Below are positions 29,879 to 38,305 of a stretch of DNA of 64,000 bases, one piece after another. Under the pieces are notes generated by a model, which was not told the DNA's origin, did not search any database, and was given only the letters and a program-made list of their open reading frames with translations. Made by a program: the position numbers and the translations under genes. This DNA comes from an uncultured delta proteobacterium. Its GTDB lineage: Bacteria > Myxococcota_A > UBA9160 > UBA4427. The DNA is taken from positions 704,001 to 768,000 of the forward strand of contig CAWGJT010000005.1 in the NCBI GenBank assembly GCA_963822965.1. The letters are read 5' to 3'. Position 1 is the stretch's first letter, and the number at the start of each line of letters is the position of its first letter.

Positions 29879-30595
29879 TCAGGAGAAGGGGGCGCCGGCG
29901 TCTCGCAGGCGCGCGAGGCCGAGGGCCTCCTCCTCGTCCTGCGGCTCGCCCTCGGACAGCGCCCGCAGCCACAGCCAGGCGAAGCGGAACGAGAGGGTGA
30001 TGCGCCACTGCAAGGCGCGCACCTGCCGCAGCACCGTCCCACGCGCGCGTGTGGCCAGGCAGGCGAGCAGCTCCAGTGCGACGTCCGGCTGCTCGGCCTT
30101 GGCGTAGAGCCGCGCGAGGTCGAGCACGACGTGGGCATCCCAGGGCTCGATGGCCCGGGCCCGGCTGAGCAGCGCGATGGCCTGAGCCCGGGTGCTGGCA
30201 CCGCCGAAGTGCATGCGCCCATCGATCAGGGTCTCGAAGGCCGCGTCCTCTCGCCCCAGCTTGATCTGGAGCTCCGCGCAAAGACGCCAGGCCTCGAACT
30301 CCCAGGGGACGAAGCGGCAGGCCTCGCGATAGACCACCAGACACTCGTCCCAGCGCCTGTCCAGCGCGAAGTCCCGGGCAGCCCGGCGGTAGAGCTGCCA
30401 GGCCTCGAAGCCCTCGCCCCGGCGCGCCAGCATGGGCGCCACCCGCAGCGCCACGTCGGCGTTGTGGGGATCCTCGAGCAGGATGCGGCGATAGAGCGAG
30501 ACGGCGCGGCGCTCGCGGCCGCGATTGCGGGCGCGATGCGCCTCGTTGAGAAGACGGTGGCTCCGGCCCCTCGGCTCCCGTGCGACTTTCGACAT
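29879..30595 (-). CDS. TPR-like hypothetical protein
   Basis: Helical repeats (AVSLYRRILLEDPHN, ARAIEPWDAHVVLDLARLY); GGAG RBS. Confidence 0.65.
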   Translation of the reverse strand: MSKVAREPRGRSHRLLNEAHRARNRGRERRAVSLYRRILLEDPHNADVALRVAPMLARRGEGFEAWQLYRRAARDFALDRRWDECLVVYREACRFVPWEFEAWRLCAELQIKLGREDAAFETLIDGRMHFGGASTRAQAIALLSRARAIEPWDAHVVLDLARLYAKAEQPDVALELLACLATRARGTVLRQVRALQWRITLSFRFAWLWLRALSEGEPQDEEEALGLARLRDAGAPFS

Positions 30596-30727
30596 CGACT
30601 GCACTCCTCCCACGAATCGACCGACCGATTCGCAGAGAGGAGATCGGCGGGCCGGCGCACCGGACGAGTGACCCCGGTCACCCGGGGCGGGAACGCCCCG
30701 CAGGCGCGCCGATCGGTGCCGGCCCGG

Positions 30728-31852
30728 TCAGTCGCCGAACTCCCGATCGCTCACACGGTGACAGCCGCTCTGCCCGCAGTTCTGGTCCTGGGGAAGTCCG
30801 TTGTGTCGATCCACGCCGCGCTTGTAGTCGTTCGCATGACAGCCCGCGCAGTACGGGATGTAGCTGGGAGACTCCCAGGTGACCGTCTCCGAGTTGCCCC
30901 CGTGGCAATCCCTGCAGGTGAGGTTGGCGCGGTGATCCCCCGGATAGTTCGCCGACATGTGCCGGAAGGTGTCCGGCCGCCAGGCGGCCGTGGTGTGGCA
31001 GTAGTCGCACTCCTGCATGCTCATGAAGTGGCCGTTCGGCGTGCCGGTCGCCTGCGTGCCGTTGTGGCAGCTCGAGCACGGCTCCGTCACACCCGTGTGA
31101 TCGAAGCTGGCGGGCCTCCAGGCCCGGGTCGAGTGACAGGCGTCGCACTCGAGGCTCGTCGTCACGTGTCCGTTCGGCTTGCCGGTGGCCCGCATGCCGT
31201 TGTGGCAGTTCGAGCAGGGCTCCGTCACGCCGGAGTGGTCGAAGCTCGCGGGGGTCCAGGCCCGCGTCGAGTGACAGACGTCGCACTCGGCGGTGGTCGT
31301 GACGTGATCCATGGGCTTGCCCGTGGCTTCCATGCCGTTGTGGCAGTTCGAGCATGGCTCGGTCACCCCGGAGTGGTCGAAGCGGATGGAGTCCCACGCG
31401 AAGGTGTTGTGGCAGGAGTCGCAGTCGGCGGTGGTCGCGATGTGGTCCATCGGCTTGCCCCCCGCCTGCACGCCGTTGTGGCAGCCCATGCAGCTCCCGC
31501 TCACCGCCGAATGGTCCATGCGGACCTCGCCCCAGGAGAAGCTGAGATGGCAGTCCTCGCAGCGGTTCGAGCTCTGGATGTGGTCGAGGGGCTTGCCGCT
31601 CTCGGCGCGCGTCCCCGAGCCGTCGTGGCAGAAGGAGCACTCCGTCGGCGTCCCCCGGAAGACGCCCATGCCGTGGCAGCCCTCGCAGGGTACGCCCTCG
31701 TGGGCGCCGGTGAGGACGAAGCGCGTGGCCGTGTGGTCGAAGGAGGGCTCGGGATCCTCGGCGGCGGCGGGCCCGCACACGCCCAACGAGATCCATCCGA
31801 TCGTGAGCCAGACCGCCGCGGCGGCCCGACCTGCTGCGAGGCAACGTCTCAT
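30728..31852 (-). CDS. Multiheme cytochrome c (13 CxxCH plus 1 Cx4CH), repeat-built; PCC3 extracellular-MHC-like
   Basis: Signal peptide; motifs counted by hand; 46-aa repeats FDH.GVTEPCxxCHNG..ATGKP..H.TT..CxxCH.T.AW. Confidence 0.9.
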   Translation of the reverse strand: MRRCLAAGRAAAAVWLTIGWISLGVCGPAAAEDPEPSFDHTATRFVLTGAHEGVPCEGCHGMGVFRGTPTECSFCHDGSGTRAESGKPLDHIQSSNRCEDCHLSFSWGEVRMDHSAVSGSCMGCHNGVQAGGKPMDHIATTADCDSCHNTFAWDSIRFDHSGVTEPCSNCHNGMEATGKPMDHVTTTAECDVCHSTRAWTPASFDHSGVTEPCSNCHNGMRATGKPNGHVTTSLECDACHSTRAWRPASFDHTGVTEPCSSCHNGTQATGTPNGHFMSMQECDYCHTTAAWRPDTFRHMSANYPGDHRANLTCRDCHGGNSETVTWESPSYIPYCAGCHANDYKRGVDRHNGLPQDQNCGQSGCHRVSDREFGD

Positions 31853-33480
31853 CGCTCGAACCTCCGCTCGATCTTCTTCCAGGAGCTGTCCACGTGGCAG
31901 CGCTCGCAGTCCCGCCCGAACGCGTCGTCGTGGGGCGAGTCGCTCAGGTGGCAGGCGTCGCAACGCGACGAGACCTCGAGGGCGCCGCGGGTCGAAGCCT
32001 TCTCGATCGGCTTCACGTGACAGGCCACGCACTGGAGGCCGGCGTGCCCGCCGGTCAGGGCGAAGTCGGTCTGTCGGTCGTGGTCGAAGAGCCAGCGATC
32101 CCAGCCGTTGGGATTGTGACAGGTGGCGCACTCCGGCCCCAGGCGGCGCTCGTGAACGTCGGAGGCGTCGTGGCACGCGACGCAGCGGCTCTCTGCGTCC
32201 CCGTAGCGGTGGGTGACGTGGCAGTCATCGCACGAAGCGAGCTGGTGCAGGGCCAGCAGCGGGAAGCTCGTCAGGTCGTGGTCGAAAGCGACGCGCACGT
32301 CCCAACCGGCCTCGCGATGACAGGTCGAGCAGTCCCTGCCCAGCGTTCCCTCGTGGACGTCCGACATGGCGTGACACTCGACGCAGGTGGTAGGCGTCTT
32401 GGCGACGCCGAGCGTTCCCACGTGGCACAGCTCGCAGGCGAGACCGGAATGCGCGCCGCGCAGGGCGAACTTCGTGTCCTTCGCGTGGTCGAAGCTCGCC
32501 GGCGTCCAGGCACGCACGCCGTGGCACTCGTCACAGCGCGTGCCCCGCGTCCCGCGGTGGTCGTCGTCCTTGCGGTGGCAGCTCGCGCAGTCCATGGCGA
32601 GCTTCACCTTCTTCGGATCCGACTCGTGACAGGAACGGCACTCCAGGGCCGCGTGGGCCCCCCGCAACGCGAACCGCGTCTCGCGGCCGTGGTCGAAGCC
32701 CGACTTCTTCCAGCCGGAGGGATCGTGGCAGTCGCCACACTTCGGGCCGAGCTGCCCCCGGTGGGTGTCGTCCACCCGATGGCAGGCTACGCAGTTCATG
32801 GCGGTCTTCCCGAAGCGTTGCTGCGGGTGGCACGAGTCGCACGCCGTCTCCTCGTGGCGTCCCCGCAGCGGGAACTTCGTCTTCGCATGGTCGAAGACGA
32901 CCTCGTTCCAGCCGAGCGCCGCGTGGCAGTCTTCGCAGCGGTCGCCGAGCTGGCCCTTGTGTGGATCGTCCTTCCGGTGGCACGCCACGCAGGTGTCCTC
33001 TGCCTCGCGGTAGGGCTTTCCGGCGGCGTGACAGCCGGTGCAGGCGGTCGCGGCATGCGCTCCCTCGAGCGCGAAGTCCGTTCGGCGATGGTCGAAGGAC
33101 TCGGGGACGAGGCCGACGATGTCGGCGTCGCTGCCCTTGTGCTCGGTGTGACAGATGCGGCACTCACTCTCGGCGCCCTTCCCGATTCGGCCGTGCAGTC
33201 CGGCCTGGGTGTCGAAGTCCTTCTTCACGTCCTCGTGGCACCTCAGACAGAGTCGATTCTGCGAGGTGCGGTCGAAGCGCTCGTGACAGTCCCCGCAGGC
33301 CTTCGTCTCCCGCGCGTGCGCCTGGATGAGAGCCCCCGGAGAGACCAGGTTCTCGAGGTCGACGGCGGCGGCGTCCAGAGCCGGCACCGTCCCCGCGAAG
33401 AGCCACACGACGATTCCCGATGCACCTCGCCACCCGAGGCGCCGGCACCTCCGAGTCTCCGTGCCCACGAAGGTCTGCAT
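31849..33480 (-). CDS. Multiheme cytochrome c (21 CxxCH); PCC3 periplasmic-MHC-like
   Basis: Signal-peptide-like N-terminus; SPG.L...H; six three-heme repeats FDH..T.F.L.G.H after an initial three-heme unit. Confidence 0.92.
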   Translation of the reverse strand: MQTFVGTETRRCRRLGWRGASGIVVWLFAGTVPALDAAAVDLENLVSPGALIQAHARETKACGDCHERFDRTSQNRLCLRCHEDVKKDFDTQAGLHGRIGKGAESECRICHTEHKGSDADIVGLVPESFDHRRTDFALEGAHAATACTGCHAAGKPYREAEDTCVACHRKDDPHKGQLGDRCEDCHAALGWNEVVFDHAKTKFPLRGRHEETACDSCHPQQRFGKTAMNCVACHRVDDTHRGQLGPKCGDCHDPSGWKKSGFDHGRETRFALRGAHAALECRSCHESDPKKVKLAMDCASCHRKDDDHRGTRGTRCDECHGVRAWTPASFDHAKDTKFALRGAHSGLACELCHVGTLGVAKTPTTCVECHAMSDVHEGTLGRDCSTCHREAGWDVRVAFDHDLTSFPLLALHQLASCDDCHVTHRYGDAESRCVACHDASDVHERRLGPECATCHNPNGWDRWLFDHDRQTDFALTGGHAGLQCVACHVKPIEKASTRGALEVSSRCDACHLSDSPHDDAFGRDCERCHVDSSWKKIERRFER

Positions 33481-33482
33481 CC

Positions 33483-34388
33483 TCAATACATGTGAACGGC
33501 GACGACGTGCACGGCGGCCGCCGCGAAGAGCCCTACGCAGAACGGCAGGTGGAGAGCGTGCCAGAGCGCGAACGCCCGCTCGTAGACGGCGTACTCGGTG
33601 ACGCGTCGGATCGCCCGGACCTGCTGCCGGACGGCGCGTCGCACCTCGCGCCGAGCCGGAAGACGCGCCCCCCCGTTTCGCGCCGCCCGCCGATAGGCGC
33701 GCATCGCGTGCCGTTGGGTGCGCCGGGCACGACGGCCGAGGGTCACCACGCTGGCGGCGCGGGCCAGCAGTCCCCGTTCTCCGAAGGCCCAGCGGCGGAA
33801 CTCCTCGAGTGCATCGCCGACGCCGGGTGCCGTGCGCACGACCTCCGCGAGGACGCCCCCTTCGACCAGGGCCTCCTGTCGCAGCTCGGCGAGGCTGGCC
33901 ACGTGACCGCGGTATTCGTAGTGGATGCGCGTGTAGATGAAGCGGCCGACGATGCCGCTCAGGCTCACGGTCAGCATGCAGACCAGGGCGACGTTCGCGT
34001 TGAGCGAGCCCAGGTGGAAGTTCGCGTGGTAGAGGATCGCGGTGGGCCCCAGCAGGCCGAGCGCCATGTGGATGTGGAACCAGCGCTGGATGGCACCGGC
34101 CCGCCGCAGGAACGAGAGGCGCTTCCGCAGGGAATAGAGCAGCAGGAGCGCCATCATCGCGAGCCCGGTGATGCCCAGGGCGTATCCGAGCCCCTCTTCG
34201 GGGACGACGTAGAACTCGTCGCGGGTCGACCAGCCGAACGCGATGGTCAGGCAGCAGAAGAGGCTCACGGGAGCGAGGATCAGGGCCCGGGCCGGCCGTG
34301 CCCGGACCGCGGGCCGGGTCGGTGCGGCGCGCTGCGGCGCCGGCCCGGCGGCCGAGGCGGCTCGGGTGATGGGTGCAGTCTGAGTCAA
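33483..34388 (-). CDS. His-rich inner membrane protein (cytochrome b / ferric-reductase-like TM domain)
   Basis: GLGYALGITG...LLYSLRKR, WFHIHMALG...HANFH, SGIVGRFIY, WHALHLP...HVVAVHMY; start uncertain (TTG 34388 chosen). Confidence 0.75.
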   Translation of the reverse strand: MTQTAPITRAASAAGPAPQRAAPTRPAVRARPARALILAPVSLFCCLTIAFGWSTRDEFYVVPEEGLGYALGITGLAMMALLLLYSLRKRLSFLRRAGAIQRWFHIHMALGLLGPTAILYHANFHLGSLNANVALVCMLTVSLSGIVGRFIYTRIHYEYRGHVASLAELRQEALVEGGVLAEVVRTAPGVGDALEEFRRWAFGERGLLARAASVVTLGRRARRTQRHAMRAYRRAARNGGARLPARREVRRAVRQQVRAIRRVTEYAVYERAFALWHALHLPFCVGLFAAAAVHVVAVHMY

Positions 34389-34476
34389 GTCGTCCCCCGC
34401 CCGGGAGAGTGCAACCGGTCGTCGCATAACACAACGGCCATCCGGCCCCGGAACCGGAGCGGAAACGAGCATCGAG

Positions 34477-34493
34477 ATGAAATTGAAATTCAT
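34477..34493. promoter_or_regulatory. Candidate Fur-like box
   Basis: ATGAAATTGAAATTCAT, an AT-rich imperfect palindrome between the divergent arms of the cytochrome cluster. Confidence 0.4.
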
Positions 34494-34828
34494 GACCGTT
34501 TTCCGATCCAAGTCTCGACGACCGCGTACCGGCGCAATCGCATTCCCTGTCGAATCCTTCATCGTTCGTGCCGTCTCCGGCAGGCGTGACAGGAGTCACG
34601 GATCCATCTCGCGGGCAGGACGCAATCTTCACAGAGGACGATCGAGCCGAGACGGGGTTCTGCCGATCACTCGACCCTCGCAAACTCTTTCGCCGATCCG
34701 CGGATTGCCCGATGCTCGCCGGAGGCGAGGCCCCCTGGATCGAGGGCGGGCGACCCGGGAGACAGCGCGCTGCCGCGGTGACGACTGAGGTTGTGGGCGT
34801 TCGCTCGAAGGAGCCCGACGGGAACGCG

Positions 34829-36910
34829 ATGTCTTCTTGCAGGAACACCGCGGCGCGACGCCGACTGGCTTCGGTCGTGCTCGGCATCGCGCTCGCCGCA
34901 GCGCAGCCCGCCTTCGCACAGTCGGAGGGCGACCGCATCCTCCAGTCGGTGGACGCGCATCGGAGCGATGCCGGATGGGACATCGAGCTGCGCTTCACGA
35001 TGCCGCTTCGTTATGTGCGCCATTCGCCCCGCGGAAAGGCAGACCTGGTCCTGATCCAGATGGAGGCGGTGGGTCTCGGCCGAGCCGAAGAGAACCCGCC
35101 CGACCGACGCGAAGCGCTCCGGCCGTTCACCGGGAGCGAAGGCCCGCCGGTGCTCGAGGTATCGACGAACGCCACCGGCGCCGGACGCGAGCGCGTGATC
35201 GAGGTCCGCTTCCGGGGCGCCGTCGCCTTCGAGGTGCGCCAGGGATCCGACCTGCAGCGACTCGACGTGCTTCTGCCCGACGCGGCCGCTGGCGGCGACC
35301 CGAAGCAGGAAGCCCAGGCGGCCGGCCTGCTCGAGAGCGCGAGCCAGGCCATGGCGGCCGGCGATTTCGAGCGCGCCGCACAGCTCTACACGCGCATCCT
35401 CTCGCTGGACGCGCCGTCGGCCCACCCCGAGGCCCAGGAGATGCTCGGGCTCGCGCGCGAGCGCAACGGACAGCGCGCGCACGCCCGGGCCGAGTACCAG
35501 AACTTCCTCGATCGCTTTCCGGACGACGAGCGCGCGCCCCGCGTCCGGCAGCGCCTGCAGGCGCTCACCACGGCGATCGCGCCGGTCCGCGAGGAGCGTC
35601 GCGCCGCGTCGCGGACCACGGACGACGTCCGCTTCGACTTCCACGGCAGCCTGCTCAGCTACTATTCGCGGGCCGAGAGCTTCTTCGATCGGGACATCGA
35701 CGACCAGGTCTACGACTCGTCGTGGTTCTCGGATCTGTACCTGCGAGGACGCATGCGCACCCCGCGCTACGAGGTCGAGGCGAGCGCCTCGGGACGGACG
35801 CGATTCGACTTCCGACAGGACGACCTCGGCAACGACTCGCGGCTGAACTCGCTGCTCCTCGAGGCCTCGGAGCGCGGCACCGGCTGGTGGGGGATCGCCG
35901 GGCGGCAGCGCGGCGATACGGGGGTGCTCGGCCGCTTCGACGGGGCGCGGGTGGGCTATCGGCCGACTGACCGCCTGGACTTCCAGCTGCTGGGCGGCTT
36001 CCCGACCAAGAGCTACTCGTCCGACGGCATCAATACGGACCGCTTCCAGGTGGGCGGCGGCGGGCAGATGCTCGAGGTCTTCTCGCTCTTCGATCTCGAA
36101 CTCTACACGAACTACCAGAACGAGGACGACCTCACCTATCGCGCCGCCATCGGCGGCGAGATCCGTCACCTGCGCCCGGGGCGCACGATCGTGGCGAGCC
36201 TCGACTACGACGCCTTCTTCAACGCCGTCAACATCGCCATGCTGCTCGCCGACTTCGAGGTGCGCGAAGGCCTCAGCGTCAACACGCTGATCGAGTACCG
36301 CAAGAGCCCGATCCTCACTCTGGGCAACGCCCTCATCGGACAGCCTGCGAGCTCGGTGACGGATCTCCACGACTCGTTCTCCGCCAGCCAGATGAAGGAC
36401 CTCGCCGAGGACCGCACCTCCGACTCGACCACCTTCACCCTGGGCGGTCGATACGAGATCAACGACCGCTTCGACGTGAGCGGCAACTGGACCGCCTCGA
36501 AGCTCTCCAGCACGTCCGGCTCGGGAGGGGTGCTGGGCACCCCGAGCACGGGCTACGAGTTCACCTACTACGCCCAGGTCGCGAGCGAGTCGCTGCTGAT
36601 GGACCGGGACGTCACGGTCCTGGGCGTGCGGATCTTCGACGGAGACCGCTACGACGGCTACATGTTGCAGCTGAACGGCCGGTATCCTGTTGCGCCGAAG
36701 CTGCGTCTGAACCCGATCTTCCGGCTCGAGTACCAGAGCGGGGACGACGACGTGGTTCGCGCCGTGCCGCGGATGCGCCTCGACTACACCTGGTGGGACC
36801 TGGTCTTCGACCTCGACGTGGCCTTCGACTGGACCCGGGTGGTGAACGGCGGCGACCGGCCGGAGGAGTACGGTTACTCCCTGCTCTTCGGCATCCGGTA
36901 CGACTTCTGA
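34829..36910 (+). CDS. Outer-membrane beta-barrel protein with N-terminal periplasmic and TPR domains (PCC3-type porin candidate)
   Basis: Signal peptide; TPR-like AQEMLGLARERNGQ...YQNFLDRFPD; alternating beta-strand pattern; C-terminal GIRYDF beta-signal. Confidence 0.8.
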   Translation: MSSCRNTAARRRLASVVLGIALAAAQPAFAQSEGDRILQSVDAHRSDAGWDIELRFTMPLRYVRHSPRGKADLVLIQMEAVGLGRAEENPPDRREALRPFTGSEGPPVLEVSTNATGAGRERVIEVRFRGAVAFEVRQGSDLQRLDVLLPDAAAGGDPKQEAQAAGLLESASQAMAAGDFERAAQLYTRILSLDAPSAHPEAQEMLGLARERNGQRAHARAEYQNFLDRFPDDERAPRVRQRLQALTTAIAPVREERRAASRTTDDVRFDFHGSLLSYYSRAESFFDRDIDDQVYDSSWFSDLYLRGRMRTPRYEVEASASGRTRFDFRQDDLGNDSRLNSLLLEASERGTGWWGIAGRQRGDTGVLGRFDGARVGYRPTDRLDFQLLGGFPTKSYSSDGINTDRFQVGGGGQMLEVFSLFDLELYTNYQNEDDLTYRAAIGGEIRHLRPGRTIVASLDYDAFFNAVNIAMLLADFEVREGLSVNTLIEYRKSPILTLGNALIGQPASSVTDLHDSFSASQMKDLAEDRTSDSTTFTLGGRYEINDRFDVSGNWTASKLSSTSGSGGVLGTPSTGYEFTYYAQVASESLLMDRDVTVLGVRIFDGDRYDGYMLQLNGRYPVAPKLRLNPIFRLEYQSGDDDVVRAVPRMRLDYTWWDLVFDLDVAFDWTRVVNGGDRPEEYGYSLLFGIRYDF

Positions 36911-36994
36911 GGCCGGCGGGCCGGGAACGGGTCTCGAGGGGAATCGACGGGCGACCGATGAAGAGAGCGTGGGCGATGGGAGGCTGAGGGCACC

Positions 36995-38305
36995 ATGGAT
37001 TCGAGCATGCTGACGGCACTGCTGGTCTATGGCCTGCCCCTGGCCCTGTGCGCCGGCCTCTTCGTCTGGCGCCGATCCCGGGGAGACCGCCGCATCCGCA
37101 AGGAGATCCAGGAGGCCCGCGAGGCCGGCCTGCACGTGCCGCCCTCCCTGCACCCGTACATCGACGCCAATCTCTGCCTCGGCTGTGCGGTGTGCGTGGC
37201 GGCCTGTCCCGAGAAGAACGTGCTCGGCATGCTCCAGGACAAGGCGGTCCTGGTGACCGCCGCGAACTGCGTGGGTCACGGCGCCTGCAAGGAGGCGTGC
37301 CCGACCGACGCCATCACCCTGGTGCTGGGCACCGAGGACCAGGGCGTCGAGGTGCCGGTCCTCGACCCCCACTTCGAGACCAACCTCCCGGGCGTCTTCG
37401 TGGCCGGCGAGCTCGGCGGCATGGGGCTCATCCGCAACGCGATCGAGCAGGGCCGCCAGGTGATCGACTCCGTTCGCCAGCTCGAGGGCATCGGCCGCGG
37501 CGACCGACACGACGTCGTGATCGTGGGCACCGGGCCGGCCGGCTTCGCGGCGACCCTCGCCGCCAAGGAGCACGGGCTCCGCTACCGCGCGCTGGAGCAG
37601 GACGCCCTCGGCGGCGCCGTCGCCCACTATCCCCGCCGCAAGCTCGTGCTCACGGCGCCCGTGAAGCTCCCCATCGTGGGCGCCGTCAAGCTGCGCGAGA
37701 CCACCAAGGAGTCGCTCCTCGAGCTGTGGCGCAAGACCGAGCGGGAGACCGGCATCAAGATCCACTACGGCGAGAAGGTGACCCGGATCGTCCGCGACGA
37801 CGCCGGCTTCGTCGTCACGAGCACGAGCGGAACCACGAAGTGCCGGGCGGTGGTGCTGGCGATCGGACGCCGGGGCTCGCCGCGCCGGCTCGGCGCCGAA
37901 GGGGAGAACCTCCCGAAGGTCGTCTACCTGCTCGAAGACCCCGCCGAGCATCGGGGCACGCACGCGCTCGTCGTGGGCGCCGGGGATAGCGCCCTCGAAG
38001 CCGCCATCGCCCTCTCCGACGAGCCCGGCACCGAGGTCACCCTCTCCTGCCGGGGAGACGCGTTCCCGCGCGCCAAGCCGCCGAACCGCGCGAAGCTCGA
38101 GGAGCGCGAGCGCCGGGGGAGCATCCGCGTGCTGCGCAAGTCGACCGTGGAGCGGGTCGAATCCGATTCCGTCACGCTCGCCACGCCCGAGGGCAACGAG
38201 CGGATCCGCAACGACGCCGTCTTCGTCTGCATCGGGGGAGAGCTCCCGTTCGGATTCCTGCGCGAGGTCGGCGTCCAGACGGAGATGAAGCATGGCGAGC
38301 CCTGA
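36995..38305 (+). CDS. Membrane-anchored 2x[4Fe-4S] ferredoxin plus TrxB-like FAD/NAD(P)H oxidoreductase
   Basis: N-terminal TM; CLGCAVCVAACP and CVGHGACKEACP; IVGTGPAG; VVGAGDSALEAA. Confidence 0.85.
   Translation: MDSSMLTALLVYGLPLALCAGLFVWRRSRGDRRIRKEIQEAREAGLHVPPSLHPYIDANLCLGCAVCVAACPEKNVLGMLQDKAVLVTAANCVGHGACKEACPTDAITLVLGTEDQGVEVPVLDPHFETNLPGVFVAGELGGMGLIRNAIEQGRQVIDSVRQLEGIGRGDRHDVVIVGTGPAGFAATLAAKEHGLRYRALEQDALGGAVAHYPRRKLVLTAPVKLPIVGAVKLRETTKESLLELWRKTERETGIKIHYGEKVTRIVRDDAGFVVTSTSGTTKCRAVVLAIGRRGSPRRLGAEGENLPKVVYLLEDPAEHRGTHALVVGAGDSALEAAIALSDEPGTEVTLSCRGDAFPRAKPPNRAKLEERERRGSIRVLRKSTVERVESDSVTLATPEGNERIRNDAVFVCIGGELPFGFLREVGVQTEMKHGEP

Noticed and set aside
31849..34998. 1049-aa ORF suggesting a giant cytochrome
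   Set aside because: Only the part from ATG 33480 carries a signal peptide and heme motifs; the upstream part overlaps the membrane-protein gene in another frame
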